Source of the DNA: Bdellovibrionota bacterium
Lineage (GTDB): Bacteria > Bdellovibrionota_C > UBA2361 > OMII01
NCBI GenBank assembly: GCA_044351885.1
Contig: JBILEW010000008.1
Span: 2,519-66,518 of the forward strand
Length of the DNA stretch: 64,000 bases
Direction: 5' to 3'
In this document: piece after piece, positions 1-8,939 of the stretch
How the letters are laid out: the number at the start of each line of letters is the position of its first letter
How positions within the stretch are numbered: position 1 is the first letter of the stretch
Program-made: the position numbers and the translations under genes
Notes under the pieces: generated by a model
What the model was told of the DNA's origin: nothing
The model's database searches: none
What the model saw: the letters and a program-made list of their open reading frames with translations, nothing else

Positions 1-196
1 TGAGAAACTGCCGACCCCATGAGCCCGCTATGCGATCAAAATCTCCGCGGGCAGGATTGCGAGGAGGGGAGGGATCGGGCAGACGCTCCAGGAACTCGAG
101 TCCGAGCAGCTGCGAGAGCATCCGTCCCTGTGCGACTGTGGCGCTCGAGTCGGCCAAAGGAGCTGGTGCAGTTGGAGATTGTGTGCTGCCGTTCAT
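1..196 (-). CDS. gspE: Type II secretion ATPase GspE, N-terminal fragment (gene continues past the left edge)
   Basis: Too short for the ORF track. ATG at 196..194 lies 2 nt after the gspD stop. My hand translation MNGSTQSPTAPAPLADSSATVAQGRMLSQLLGLEFLERLPDP... stays open to nt 1. The position after gspC-gspD and the LLGLEFLE segment fit a GspE N1 domain. No Walker motifs are visible in the 65 aa available. Confidence 0.45.
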   Translation of the reverse strand, partial: MNGSTQSPTAPAPLADSSATVAQGRMLSQLLGLEFLERLPDPSPPRNPARGDFDRIAGSWGRQFL

Positions 197-198
197 GT

Positions 199-3168
199 TT
201 ACTCTTCCCGGAGCCAGGGGCCCCGGCCGAGATTCATAATCTCATAGGGCGACAAGGTGTACCAGGCCGCTGGGAGATCGGAATTGGAAGCCTGAGCGGC
301 CTGAATCGACGGATAGAGAGCGCGGGTCCTCACGCGCACCCGTTGATCGTTCCACGAGTATGTATACACATCGCCTGCGTGGAAGAACTTCTTGGCCTCA
401 AGCGAACTGTCACGGGGAAGTATAATACCCGCAGTGGTTCCCTGATTGCCGAGCAGGAATGGGAGCTCTCCCGATGAGCCCGTGGAATCGACAAGTTCCA
501 CGACGATGAAGCTATCGGTCGTTGCTGTGGTGCCAGTGACGAGGCTCTTTTCACTCAGGGAAGCCATAGCACGCGGCTGCTCCGAGAGCGCTTTGTCGGA
601 AAGTTCGAGTTCGAGGGCAAGATCGTCTTCGCGCGGAAGGGAGGGTTTGACTTCGAGGTCCAACACACCCTCCTTTGAGCCGTCAAGAATTATCGTCTCG
701 TCCGCGCTAGGAGGTGGCGGCGCCGTCTTCCTGGCGGTATCCATCGCAGCCGACGCGTTGTTTTTGCGCTCGGGAGCCAGGATGGTGCCCGGGGCGGGGC
801 CCTCGTACGGGTTCGACTCTGCAATGGAATCTATTCGCGGATGTTCCAAGACCGTGCTTCTCGAAGGACGCACCTCGTACGATGCGATGACGTCCTCCAT
901 CTGCTCTCTACTCTCGATAGTGGCATCACGGGCGTCGAATTGATCCTTGATGATGCGGGGCGTCAGGAATATGAGCAGGTTCTTCTGCTGCCGCGCAGTC
1001 GAATTGGATTTGAAGGCGTGTCCCAGCACCGGTACATCCTTGAGATACGGAACGCCCTCGTCTGCTTCGGTCACGTCGTCCGCTATCAAGCCACCGGTCA
1101 CGATCATCTGACTGTCTTTGGCGATGATGGTGGTCTCGCTCTGTCTCTTACGAGTGGTAGGTCCGAGGGTCGAGTTGACCGTCGCCAGATCGAGAGCTGA
1201 AACCTCGGTGAAAACTCGCAGGGTGACGTAGTCGCGTGAGCTGATCTGTGGCGTGATGCGCAGCGTGATACCGACATCCTGACGCTCGACCTGATTGAAG
1301 GTGTTGTTCAAGTTCGTCGCATTTGTCGAAGTGCTGGCGAGGAACGGCACGTTCTGGCCCACGACGATCTGTGCCTCTTCGTTATCGGTTGCAAGGATCG
1401 TGGGCGCGCTCAAGATGTTGACGTTGTTGTTTCTCTGAGCCGCAGAAACGATCACGCTCTGCGTAGGGATCGTTATACCGCCGGGAAGCTTGAGAGAGCC
1501 CGCACTGGCTGCAGCGAGTGTGAATCCTTGAAGCTTGGTTGGATCGGAGAAGAGGGTGCTGAGGCTCCCCCCTTCAGGTGCAAATTCGCTTCGAGCGATT
1601 GCGCCGCCATCCGCACCACCGGTCGATGTGAGAAAGCTCATGCTCGTGCTGAGGGTGTCGTCGATCGAAACCTCCAGGAGAGTGGCCTCCACCAACACCT
1701 GTCTGCGTTTGACGTCGAGCTGGGCGAGGAGTCCGCGGATCTTTTCGTAGTCACTCTTGCCTGCAGCGATAATCAGCGAATTGGTTGCTGGGTCAGCGGT
1801 GATCGAGATGTTCTCTCCCAGTTGAGCCGTTGAAGCCCCAGCTTGACCTCCACGTCCTCCGGCACGGCCGCCACGTGCGCTTCCCAGTCCACCTCCGAGA
1901 CCGCCCCCCATAGAAGACGAGCTGGATCCTCCGAAAGAGGATCCGGAGCGATTTCGGGATTGCTGCTGGTTGCTACGGCTGCCGCCGAGACCGCCGCCCG
2001 AATCGTCGCCGAATACTCCTCCAAGGCCACCGCCCGCGCCTGTTCCGCGTCCCGCGCCTCCGAGTCCGCCGGTTCCTCCGGCAGCTCCTCCACCTCCGGC
2101 GAGACCGGCTAGTACCTGCGCTATCTCCTCGGCGTTCGCATGCTGACACCGATATACGTAAAATTTGTTACCCGAGAGATCTACCTTGCTGTCGAGCTGC
2201 GCTATCAAAGCTCGAACGCGCGCAGTGGTATCTGCGTCAGCAACGACGATGATAGAGTTGGTTCGTTGATCGGGGATGATCTTCGGTTCCATCCCGCGAG
2301 CCGCGACAGTTTTAGACGAGGCGCCTGCTCCAGCAGGCCGCTGCGGTTGACCAGGCACTCCTCCCATCTGGTTGGCGATAGCGAGGGATGGATCTGCCAT
2401 GCTCGCACGAATTTGGTCCAGCGCCGAGGTGCCCCGCTTGCTGTCACCACCCGAGGTTCCGAGAATATCGTTGAGCTTCTGCGCAACATCCTCGACATCT
2501 GCGAATTTGACCGGGATGATCGTCATCTCGCGATTGGAGAACGGCACATCGAGCTCCTCGATGATACTTACCAAGCGATTTATGTTGTCCTCGGAGTCGA
2601 TCAAGATCAACGAGTTGGTGCCTGTGTACGCGTTCACCAGGCCATCAGCGGAGATCAGTTGCGAGACGATCTGTTGTACGTCTTCGGCGCTCACGTACTT
2701 GAGGTTCACCAGCCGCGTAACAACGGCGGCTGTGGGCTTATCGGAGCGTTGTTCGGTCAGGGTAGGGATGGTCGACTGGCGCGCCTCGCGAGAGGGAACG
2801 ATCTTCCAAAGGTTCTCACCGATGGGGACCGAGGTGAAGCCTTTGAGGGCGAGCACCGAGTCGAGAATCCGCAGCGACTCCTCGGCGGATACCTTACCCG
2901 GTAGGTATATGGAGACCTTTCCTTTGACCTTCTCGTCGAGGATGTAGTTTCGTTTGGTCTTGCGCGAAAAGATGCGAACGATGGCTGCAATGTCGGCGTT
3001 CTTGACGTTGATCTCGGTATTGGAGTCCTTGGAGTACTCCTCTTCGTTGATCTGATCCCCACCGCCAGCTGGAGGTTGGTTGTTCTGCGCTCGGGCAGGT
3101 GTCGCGAGCAGGTGTGCCACGAGCACCAAGGCGGCTGCAAGTAACACTGTGTGGCGAATCCGCATCAT
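199..3168 (-). CDS. gspD: Type II secretion system secretin GspD (atypical: Gly/Ser-rich insert and long C-terminal extension)
   Basis: 989-aa ORF with signal peptide MMRIRHTVLLAAALVLVAHLLATPARA. Secretin N-domains are recognisable (NVKNADIAAIVRIFS, LILIDSEDNINRLVSIIEELD, IIVVADADTTARVRALIAQLD). The secretin core is present (VLVEATLLEVS, ILSAPTILATDNEEAQIVVGQNVPF, EGVPYLKDVPVLGHAFKS, LLIFLTPRII). Confidence 0.9.
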   Translation of the reverse strand: MMRIRHTVLLAAALVLVAHLLATPARAQNNQPPAGGGDQINEEEYSKDSNTEINVKNADIAAIVRIFSRKTKRNYILDEKVKGKVSIYLPGKVSAEESLRILDSVLALKGFTSVPIGENLWKIVPSREARQSTIPTLTEQRSDKPTAAVVTRLVNLKYVSAEDVQQIVSQLISADGLVNAYTGTNSLILIDSEDNINRLVSIIEELDVPFSNREMTIIPVKFADVEDVAQKLNDILGTSGGDSKRGTSALDQIRASMADPSLAIANQMGGVPGQPQRPAGAGASSKTVAARGMEPKIIPDQRTNSIIVVADADTTARVRALIAQLDSKVDLSGNKFYVYRCQHANAEEIAQVLAGLAGGGGAAGGTGGLGGAGRGTGAGGGLGGVFGDDSGGGLGGSRSNQQQSRNRSGSSFGGSSSSSMGGGLGGGLGSARGGRAGGRGGQAGASTAQLGENISITADPATNSLIIAAGKSDYEKIRGLLAQLDVKRRQVLVEATLLEVSIDDTLSTSMSFLTSTGGADGGAIARSEFAPEGGSLSTLFSDPTKLQGFTLAAASAGSLKLPGGITIPTQSVIVSAAQRNNNVNILSAPTILATDNEEAQIVVGQNVPFLASTSTNATNLNNTFNQVERQDVGITLRITPQISSRDYVTLRVFTEVSALDLATVNSTLGPTTRKRQSETTIIAKDSQMIVTGGLIADDVTEADEGVPYLKDVPVLGHAFKSNSTARQQKNLLIFLTPRIIKDQFDARDATIESREQMEDVIASYEVRPSRSTVLEHPRIDSIAESNPYEGPAPGTILAPERKNNASAAMDTARKTAPPPPSADETIILDGSKEGVLDLEVKPSLPREDDLALELELSDKALSEQPRAMASLSEKSLVTGTTATTDSFIVVELVDSTGSSGELPFLLGNQGTTAGIILPRDSSLEAKKFFHAGDVYTYSWNDQRVRVRTRALYPSIQAAQASNSDLPAAWYTLSPYEIMNLGRGPWLREE

Positions 3169-3171
3169 CGA

Positions 3172-4104
3172 TTACCTTATCGTGTACTTAAATTCTCTAT
3201 CCTGCTTCTCTCGCTCGAGAACCAAGTTAATCGAACGCTCCTGCTTCAATTGCTCGAACAGTTTGAGCGCTTGAGAGATGTCACCGAGGCTGTTGCCGTT
3301 GATTGACTTCAAGATGTCTCCGTTCTTGAGTCCGATCTTTTCGTACAGGCTGCCGTTCTTGATAGCGAAGAGACGGAGTCCGATCGAGCGACCCTCTTTG
3401 AAGTATGGTACCGCCCGAGCCTGTGTCAGGAGAAGAGGTAAGTTTTCGAGCCCCTTGTCTAATTCGGCCTCCTCAACCACGAATTCGTCGCTTCCGAGTG
3501 AAGATACCCCAGCGCCACTCGGTGCGGCACTGCCCAAGTCGTCCAGTTTCAGAATTTCACGCTTGCCATCACGCTCGATCTCGACGTGGTCTTCGCGGAT
3601 CTGCTTCAAGGTGGCCTGACCGAAGATAGACTGTTCGAGCGAAAACACATCCTGCGTCTGTTTCTTCTTGTCCTCGATGATCGCATAGGGCTCCTGACCC
3701 TTTGTCAGGAAGGTTCCAATCAGCGTCAGGGAGAGGGGGGTTTGCGGTGGAGGCGTCGGTTGCGCGGCTTCTACCGCCACCTTTCCCAGCGTACCGAATA
3801 GGTTCTTTTGGGCTATCAGGTTGACGTCCTGCGCACTCTCGGCGTTGCCCGACGAGCGCTCAGTCAGCAGCGACCTCACAGCTTGGATCCGGCCCTCGAG
3901 CTCCATCTGCTGGCTACGCCTTTCAAGGGTCTCTTGTGCGCCTATGTAAAGAAGAATCCCGATTGCTACCGTCATGATGAGGGCGGAGAGACCCTTGATG
4001 GCACGCACCAGGAGCTCGAGATTCTGACGTCGGACGAGCTTGTTCAGCAGGAGCTGAAAGTCAAAGTCTCGGATGCTTGCAAGGGAGAGCGTCGTTTGTG
4101 CCAC
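3172..4104 (-). CDS. gspC: Type II secretion system protein GspC (TM anchor, HR domain, C-terminal PDZ)
   Basis: 310-aa ORF directly upstream of gspD (3-nt gap). It has a TM segment (LSALIMTVAIGILLYIGA) and an HR-like segment (LTLIGTFLTKGQEPYAIIEDKKKQTQDVF...HVEIERDGKREILKL). A PDZ motif is present (GLRLFAIKNGSLYEKIGLKNGDILKSINGNSL). GTG start. Confidence 0.72.
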   Translation of the reverse strand: MAQTTLSLASIRDFDFQLLLNKLVRRQNLELLVRAIKGLSALIMTVAIGILLYIGAQETLERRSQQMELEGRIQAVRSLLTERSSGNAESAQDVNLIAQKNLFGTLGKVAVEAAQPTPPPQTPLSLTLIGTFLTKGQEPYAIIEDKKKQTQDVFSLEQSIFGQATLKQIREDHVEIERDGKREILKLDDLGSAAPSGAGVSSLGSDEFVVEEAELDKGLENLPLLLTQARAVPYFKEGRSIGLRLFAIKNGSLYEKIGLKNGDILKSINGNSLGDISQALKLFEQLKQERSINLVLEREKQDREFKYTIR

Positions 4105-4261
4105 GTCTAGTACGTATATAGAATAATTCCGCTACTTTAACTAACACTCTCAGGGCTGATAGACCAGACTTGAAAATGGGACGGCGTTTATTTTACAAGA
4201 GGGGGCCGCACGCATCCAAGAGACTCCCACACATAGGATGAGGCAGTATCGATTTTTAGTT

Positions 4262-4285
4262 CAAAAAGCGCCACCGGGCGCGCTA
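4262..4285 (-). terminator. Putative intrinsic terminator after the BamD-like gene
   Basis: On the minus strand the sequence AGCGCGCCCGGTGGCGCT (GC stem) is followed by TTTTTGA. It sits immediately after the TAG stop at 4288..4286. Confidence 0.5.
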
Positions 4286-5470
4286 CTAAGGGACCCTCGA
4301 CAGCAGTAATCGCGGCGGAGCGTCGAGAGCTGTGATCACCATAGCGGTAGAGGTTCGAAGCTCCATGTTTCCCTCTGGCGTTATCCGCAGATCCTTCGTT
4401 CCGAAGCAGTTGAACTCACTCCGAGGTGAGCGAAGTCCTAACCCTGACATCGTCAGTAGTCCGGTATCAGAGGGTGCGGCCTCGTAGCTACCGAGCTTTG
4501 TAAGCGCATCCGGGACCCGGTCTACGTTGAGGATGGCGTACGGCTCAGAGCCTCTACGGCAGGTGATCTGTCGCACGGTGATAGGACTAGCGGCCCGCTC
4601 TACAGCCGAGGCGGTTATTCCGGCTTTGTCTTGCGGCGGCGTTATCTCTGCGACCTCCTGCGTGAGCGCTTGATGAGCAACGGGAAGGAGGGGTAAGAGA
4701 CGTTTCTCGGCAGCGCTCGTTTGCGTCGCCGAGGTTGCACGGAGACGATCTTCCCACTGGGTGTCGAAAGCTCGTTTGCGTTCCGCTACCGCTGCAGTAT
4801 TTCCAAGCCGCTCGTAGAAGTCGATTATCCCCTGGTCGTACGCAGCGAGCTCTTTGATCACCGGCACTCTCGCCTGCGCTGCAATTGCGCCGTAATCGGA
4901 GTCTGGGTACCGTTTCACGAGGTCGTCGAACAACACCAGAGCGGACTCGAGGGGTTTTCTGTCGCGACCCGCGCCGCGCGCGAGGGCGAGGTAGCTGCGG
5001 GCGGCTTGAAGCTTAGCGTAGGGGACCTCGGCGCTCGAGGGATAGTTCTTGGCGAACTCCTCATAGCGTTTCGAAGCTTCGTTGTGCTCTCCGTTGAAGA
5101 AGTACGAATCGGCGAGCTTTACCTCGGCGAACGCTCGATACGCCCCGGATGCCCCCTGGTTTCCCAAGGATTGGAGCGAATCGCGAGACACGGAGTACAT
5201 CTTCGACTGGTAGAGCCTCTTCGCGATGCGGGCGAGCTCCGCTTGGGGTTTGTTGTCTGATTCCTTCGCGGAGCTGTCGCCAGCCGAGAGCTCCTTAGCC
5301 TCACCGTCTTCACCCTCCTCGGTCGCAGCTTCATCCGGCTCTGGCGAGCTGCTCGTGGACCAGCACCCCATCAAAGCCATCGAAAGCACGAGGGATACAA
5401 GCGTCAGGAGTATCCGAGATAGGGGTGTTTGGGGTCGGGGGTCTTCGTGAGCGAACGTCTGCATAAGCAT
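4286..5470 (-). CDS. bamD: BamD/YfiO-like TPR outer-membrane lipoprotein with C-terminal extension
   Basis: Lipobox LVLSMALMGC followed by an acidic linker. TPR region reads AFAEVKLADSYFFNGEHNEASKRYEEFAKNYPSSAEVPYAKLQAARSY...LFDDLVKRYPDSDYGAIAAQARVPVIKELAAYDQGIIDFYERLGNTAA, which is the BamD pattern. Confidence 0.6.
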   Translation of the reverse strand: MLMQTFAHEDPRPQTPLSRILLTLVSLVLSMALMGCWSTSSSPEPDEAATEEGEDGEAKELSAGDSSAKESDNKPQAELARIAKRLYQSKMYSVSRDSLQSLGNQGASGAYRAFAEVKLADSYFFNGEHNEASKRYEEFAKNYPSSAEVPYAKLQAARSYLALARGAGRDRKPLESALVLFDDLVKRYPDSDYGAIAAQARVPVIKELAAYDQGIIDFYERLGNTAAVAERKRAFDTQWEDRLRATSATQTSAAEKRLLPLLPVAHQALTQEVAEITPPQDKAGITASAVERAASPITVRQITCRRGSEPYAILNVDRVPDALTKLGSYEAAPSDTGLLTMSGLGLRSPRSEFNCFGTKDLRITPEGNMELRTSTAMVITALDAPPRLLLSRVP

Positions 5471-5662
5471 AGGGCAGATGATTCCGTATTTTAACCGCCA
5501 GTGGTAGCGTCTGCTTTCGAGCCTCGAATCGCGTCGATCAGCACCAGAGTCCCGAGCACTCTAACAAACCGTCCAGGACGATGCGAGGGTCAGTAGGTAT
5601 TTTCGAGCGAGATAGCCCGAGGGTGTGTTTTTAGAGGAGCTGGGGACGACTCAGAGCGGTCT

Positions 5663-6502
5663 ATGAAGAGATGTACGACGGTTTCTACGATACGAGAGGA
5701 GCTACGCCGCGCTCGGCAGGGGGGTAAGCGCATCGGTTTCGTTCCCACCATGGGGGCGCTTCACGAGGGGCACCTCTCGCTGGCCCGAACCTTGACCCGG
5801 CACTGCGACGTACGGGTGTGTTCGGTGTTCGTAAACCCCACACAGTTCAATGACCCGAAGGATTACCAGGCGTACGTCATCAACATCGAGAACGACCAGG
5901 CGCTTCTCGAGCGGGAGGGGGTGGATCTCCTCTTTGCTCCCGCCGTAGAGGAGATCTATGCGCACGGATTCCAAACCTCGGTAACGGTGCGTGAAGTGAG
6001 TAAGCCCTTCGAAGGGGCGCTCCGACCCGGACACTTCGAGGGCGTTGCAACCGTGGTCGCAGTGCTCTTCAACATCGTGCGTCCCGATGTAGCGATCTTC
6101 GGAGAGAAGGATTTTCAGCAGCTCGTGTTGATTGAGCGCATGGTAGAGGACCTCAAGCTCGACATCGAGATCGTACGCGGCGCTCTCGTCCGAGATTCCG
6201 ATGGGCTCGCATTGAGCTCGCGCAATGTACGGCTCTCGAAGGAGGGAAGGGGACACGCCTTGGGGATTAGTCGCGGACTCTTTAAGGCCCGCGCTGCGTT
6301 CGAGGCCGGAGAGAGGCGCTCGGCGGTGCTGGAAGAGATCGTAGTACACGAGATCTCTTGCATGCCAAACCCGCAGATAGATTACGTTGCACTGGTAGAG
6401 GAGCGTTCGCTTGAGCGGGTGGAGCGCGTCGAAGGAGTGTGTAGGATATTAGTCGTTGCGCGCGTGGATGGGGTTAGGCTTCTGGATAATATTGCTCTGT
6501 AG
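5663..6502 (+). CDS. panC: Pantoate--beta-alanine ligase
   Basis: 279 aa carrying GFVPTMGALHEGHLSL, VSVFVNPTQF and IFGEKDFQQL motifs. Confidence 0.95.
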   Translation: MKRCTTVSTIREELRRARQGGKRIGFVPTMGALHEGHLSLARTLTRHCDVRVCSVFVNPTQFNDPKDYQAYVINIENDQALLEREGVDLLFAPAVEEIYAHGFQTSVTVREVSKPFEGALRPGHFEGVATVVAVLFNIVRPDVAIFGEKDFQQLVLIERMVEDLKLDIEIVRGALVRDSDGLALSSRNVRLSKEGRGHALGISRGLFKARAAFEAGERRSAVLEEIVVHEISCMPNPQIDYVALVEERSLERVERVEGVCRILVVARVDGVRLLDNIAL

Positions 6503-6532
6503 ATCATACTGTTATGTCGCGGACGTGTATTT

Positions 6533-6607
6533 CTCCTAGTCCTGCTTCTGCTCCTGCCCGTGCTCGGACAGTTGAAGCAGGGGCATGAGCAGAAGCAGGA
6601 CTAGGAG
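6533..6607. other. 75-nt near-perfect inverted repeat (27-bp stem, one mismatch, 21-nt loop) between convergent panC and the four-helix-bundle gene
   Basis: Left arm CTCCTAGTCCTGCTTCTGCTCCTGCCC pairs with right arm GGGCATGAGCAGAAGCAGGACTAGGAG. No T-run follows on either strand, so it is not a textbook intrinsic terminator. Confidence 0.85.
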
Positions 6608-6623
6608 GTCGCGGGGGCTGTAA

Positions 6624-7001
6624 TTACTTTAGAATCACCTTCGATAGAATGCATACGATTGAGTGAAGTATATTCTTGGCCGAATCAGTTTGTTCTTTCA
6701 ACTTAGGTTCAAGATGAACCAGCAAATCTGAAATTGCTGCGCATTCCATCGCCGATCCTCTGGCTATAGAATAGTACCGTTTCCTGTCATCGATTTTGGT
6801 ACGACCTGAACCTTCTGCAATATAGAGCGCGATACTGGATGCGGCTCGTACGAGCTGATCTTTCACTGACGAGCTTCCAGGTGGGATAGCACGGATAATT
6901 TCCAATGCTCTTCCCCAGTAGGCTATCGCTAATTGGTAAGCTTCGAATCTTTCATGGTCAAATATAGTGGTAAAGCCCTGTGAGACTATTCGCAATAACA
7001 T
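6624..7001 (-). CDS. Four-helix-bundle protein (23S rRNA intervening-sequence protein / Avd-like family)
   Basis: 125 aa with FEAYQLAIAYWGRALEII...KDQLVRAASSIALYIAEGSGRTKIDDRKRYYSIARGSAMECAAISDLL, typical of TIGR02436/PF05635. The gene is visibly AT-richer than its neighbours. Confidence 0.8.
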   Translation of the reverse strand: MLLRIVSQGFTTIFDHERFEAYQLAIAYWGRALEIIRAIPPGSSSVKDQLVRAASSIALYIAEGSGRTKIDDRKRYYSIARGSAMECAAISDLLVHLEPKLKEQTDSAKNILHSIVCILSKVILK

Positions 7002-7039
7002 GAAAAAAGTTGTGTAACCGGGTCTAATTAGGGGGGTGT

Positions 7040-7068
7040 TTGACTTTGAACGGAGAGAGCGACATAAC
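7040..7068 (+). promoter_or_regulatory. Candidate sigma70-type promoter for the ACT-domain gene cluster
   Basis: TTGACT (7040-7045), 17-nt spacer, CATAAC (7063-7068), about 70 nt upstream of the ATG at 7137. Confidence 0.3.
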
Positions 7069-7136
7069 CAAATCGCAAACTACAGCGTCGCTATCGCTCG
7101 GAGTGGTTGCGATAACGTTATGGCTTTGAGGTAGCT

Positions 7137-7538
7137 ATGTCTGGCGAACTGAATCTTCATACTCTCTTGAAAAACATGCAGCCGAGGCGGCATGGCGACT
7201 ACGCGTTCTGTGTGTTGGACGACGATACCTATAAGGCACTTCCGACGCGTCCACTGTGCACCTTTCAGGAGGATGAAGGGTTAACTGTCATACTTCCTCA
7301 AGACACCGCCGACCAACTACTACTGCCCTATAGTTACGTTGGTACCCTGATTACCCTTCACGTTCACTCGAGCTTGGATGCAGTGGGCTTTCTTGCGAAG
7401 ATTACGGAGAAGCTTGCAGCAGCAGGGTTGAGCTTGAATGCATTTTCGCCGGTTCATCACGACCACATCTTTGTTCGACCAGCTGACGCTGACCGCACTA
7501 TGTTGTTGCTTGAAGAGCTGAGCCGTGGGGTGCCATAA
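7137..7538 (+). CDS. ACT-domain protein (DUF2241/ACT_7-like)
   Basis: 133 aa with FQEDEGLTVILPQD...ITLHVHSSLDAVGFLAKITEKLAAAGLSLNAFSPVHHDHIFV, matching the COG3602 pattern. Confidence 0.7.
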   Translation: MSGELNLHTLLKNMQPRRHGDYAFCVLDDDTYKALPTRPLCTFQEDEGLTVILPQDTADQLLLPYSYVGTLITLHVHSSLDAVGFLAKITEKLAAAGLSLNAFSPVHHDHIFVRPADADRTMLLLEELSRGVP

Positions 7539-7614
7539 ACGATAGCGGGTACCGGGATCTTCCTACGCTGACGCTCCAGAGGACCGGTGCCGCAACTGTT
7601 ATCCAACAAGAGCA

Positions 7615-8391
7615 ATGACTATCAAGGCGGATGAACATCTACACGTAGCCATGGACCTCCATGGCAAGGCGATGCTCGACTACCTGAACGGACGTCATGA
7701 TGCGGCCGTCATTATGCATCGGGATGACGGCTTCAGCTATCCTCCCATCATGGCTGCCCGTTGGTTCTACGAAAACGGGATCCCGAATCTTGACTCAAGG
7801 GCGCTGGCCCTATGTCGTGGAAGAATCTTGAACGTAGGCGCAGCCTCCGGCACACACTCGCTTTTATTGGAGGACAAGGGCCTTGATGTTCTTTCCTTAG
7901 ACGCTTCAGCGTGTGCCGTTGAAGTGATGACACGGCGGAACGTTCGCAATCCGATGCTCGCCGACATCAATAGTCTTGTCACTGACCCTTTCCACACAAT
8001 CCTTCTGTTGTGTGGTATCGGAGTCGTTGGAACGCTCGAGGGACTCAAGCGATTCCTGGTTAGTGCACGAGCCCATCTCAGTAAAAATGGTATTCTAATC
8101 ACAGATTGCACTCATCCACGGGCGGATACTTTAGAGGTGTCGCAAAGGTACTGCGATCAACTGGTGGCCCGTGGTAAATATGAAGGTGAAAGAACTCTGC
8201 GCTTCCAATATCAGGATTCCATGGGACCATGGTTCGAGTGGTTGGCAGTTTCGCCGGAGATACTAGAAGCACATGCAAGAAAAGCAGGCTTCGATTTTGA
8301 GGTTGTTTTTTCCGAACTCGGGCGGACCCTCTGCGCTTTGAAGCCATCGGAGAGCGAAGCCCATACCTGTGCATCGGGAGTCGATGACTGA
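7615..8391 (+). CDS. Class I SAM-dependent methyltransferase
   Basis: 258 aa. Motif I is ILNVGAASGTHSLLLEDKGLDVLSLDAS, followed by post-I and II-like segments. Confidence 0.7.
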   Translation: MTIKADEHLHVAMDLHGKAMLDYLNGRHDAAVIMHRDDGFSYPPIMAARWFYENGIPNLDSRALALCRGRILNVGAASGTHSLLLEDKGLDVLSLDASACAVEVMTRRNVRNPMLADINSLVTDPFHTILLLCGIGVVGTLEGLKRFLVSARAHLSKNGILITDCTHPRADTLEVSQRYCDQLVARGKYEGERTLRFQYQDSMGPWFEWLAVSPEILEAHARKAGFDFEVVFSELGRTLCALKPSESEAHTCASGVDD

Positions 8392-8439
8392 ACTTAACAG
8401 GCTGCGGAAAAATGGCTTCGTAGCGAGAAATTCGAGGTT

Positions 8440-8802
8440 TTGGTGATTGGTGAAGATGAGAGTGTGAAAAAACCGCAGCCTGTTAATATTCAAACGGGAA
8501 GGCCGGCACCTGAGTGGCTTCGGGCGGTGAATGCTACATTGACCGCTTGGAATACGTTTATCGCTACGTGTGCGGGTTTCATCATGCTGCTCTGGTTGTT
8601 TCCATCGTCACACGATCTCGGAGGTCCAGTAGCAGTTCTGCTTTTGCTCGTTATGTTGGCTGGGGGAGCGCTGGTCGCGACTGTGGTGACAAAGTGGCAA
8701 GTTCGGTCCATGAAGTTAAGCTCCACGGGGGTGCACATCGGGCTTTTAGTGGCTCTTGTGGCGGTGACAGGGCTCGCTCTTCCGTCACTTTTCATTTTTT
8801 GA
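8440..8802 (+). CDS. Small multi-pass membrane protein, function unknown
   Basis: 120-aa ORF with about three hydrophobic helices (FIATCAGFIMLLWLF, VAVLLLLVMLAGGALVATVV, IGLLVALVAVTGLALPSLFIF). The start is uncertain (TTG or GTG). Confidence 0.35.
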   Translation: MVIGEDESVKKPQPVNIQTGRPAPEWLRAVNATLTAWNTFIATCAGFIMLLWLFPSSHDLGGPVAVLLLLVMLAGGALVATVVTKWQVRSMKLSSTGVHIGLLVALVAVTGLALPSLFIF

Positions 8803-8939
8803 ATCCCACCATGGGTATATAGTGTAACGAGTGAAGGCAGACGGTCCCCAGTGCGCGCTCGCTTCGGGCTCCAGCACTGGAAATTGTACCTGCCTTAAAC
8901 TCAATCGCACTGGACAACATGCCTTTCTGAATCTCTTCT

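Noticed and set aside
19-477. Plus-strand ORFs at the left edge (19..477, 30..239)
   Set aside because: They lie antisense to the gspE start and the gspD 3' end, and their composition is shadow-like.
6624-7001. Diversity-generating retroelement, because the four-helix-bundle protein is Avd-like
   Set aside because: No reverse transcriptase ORF and no template/variable repeat pair are present in the window.
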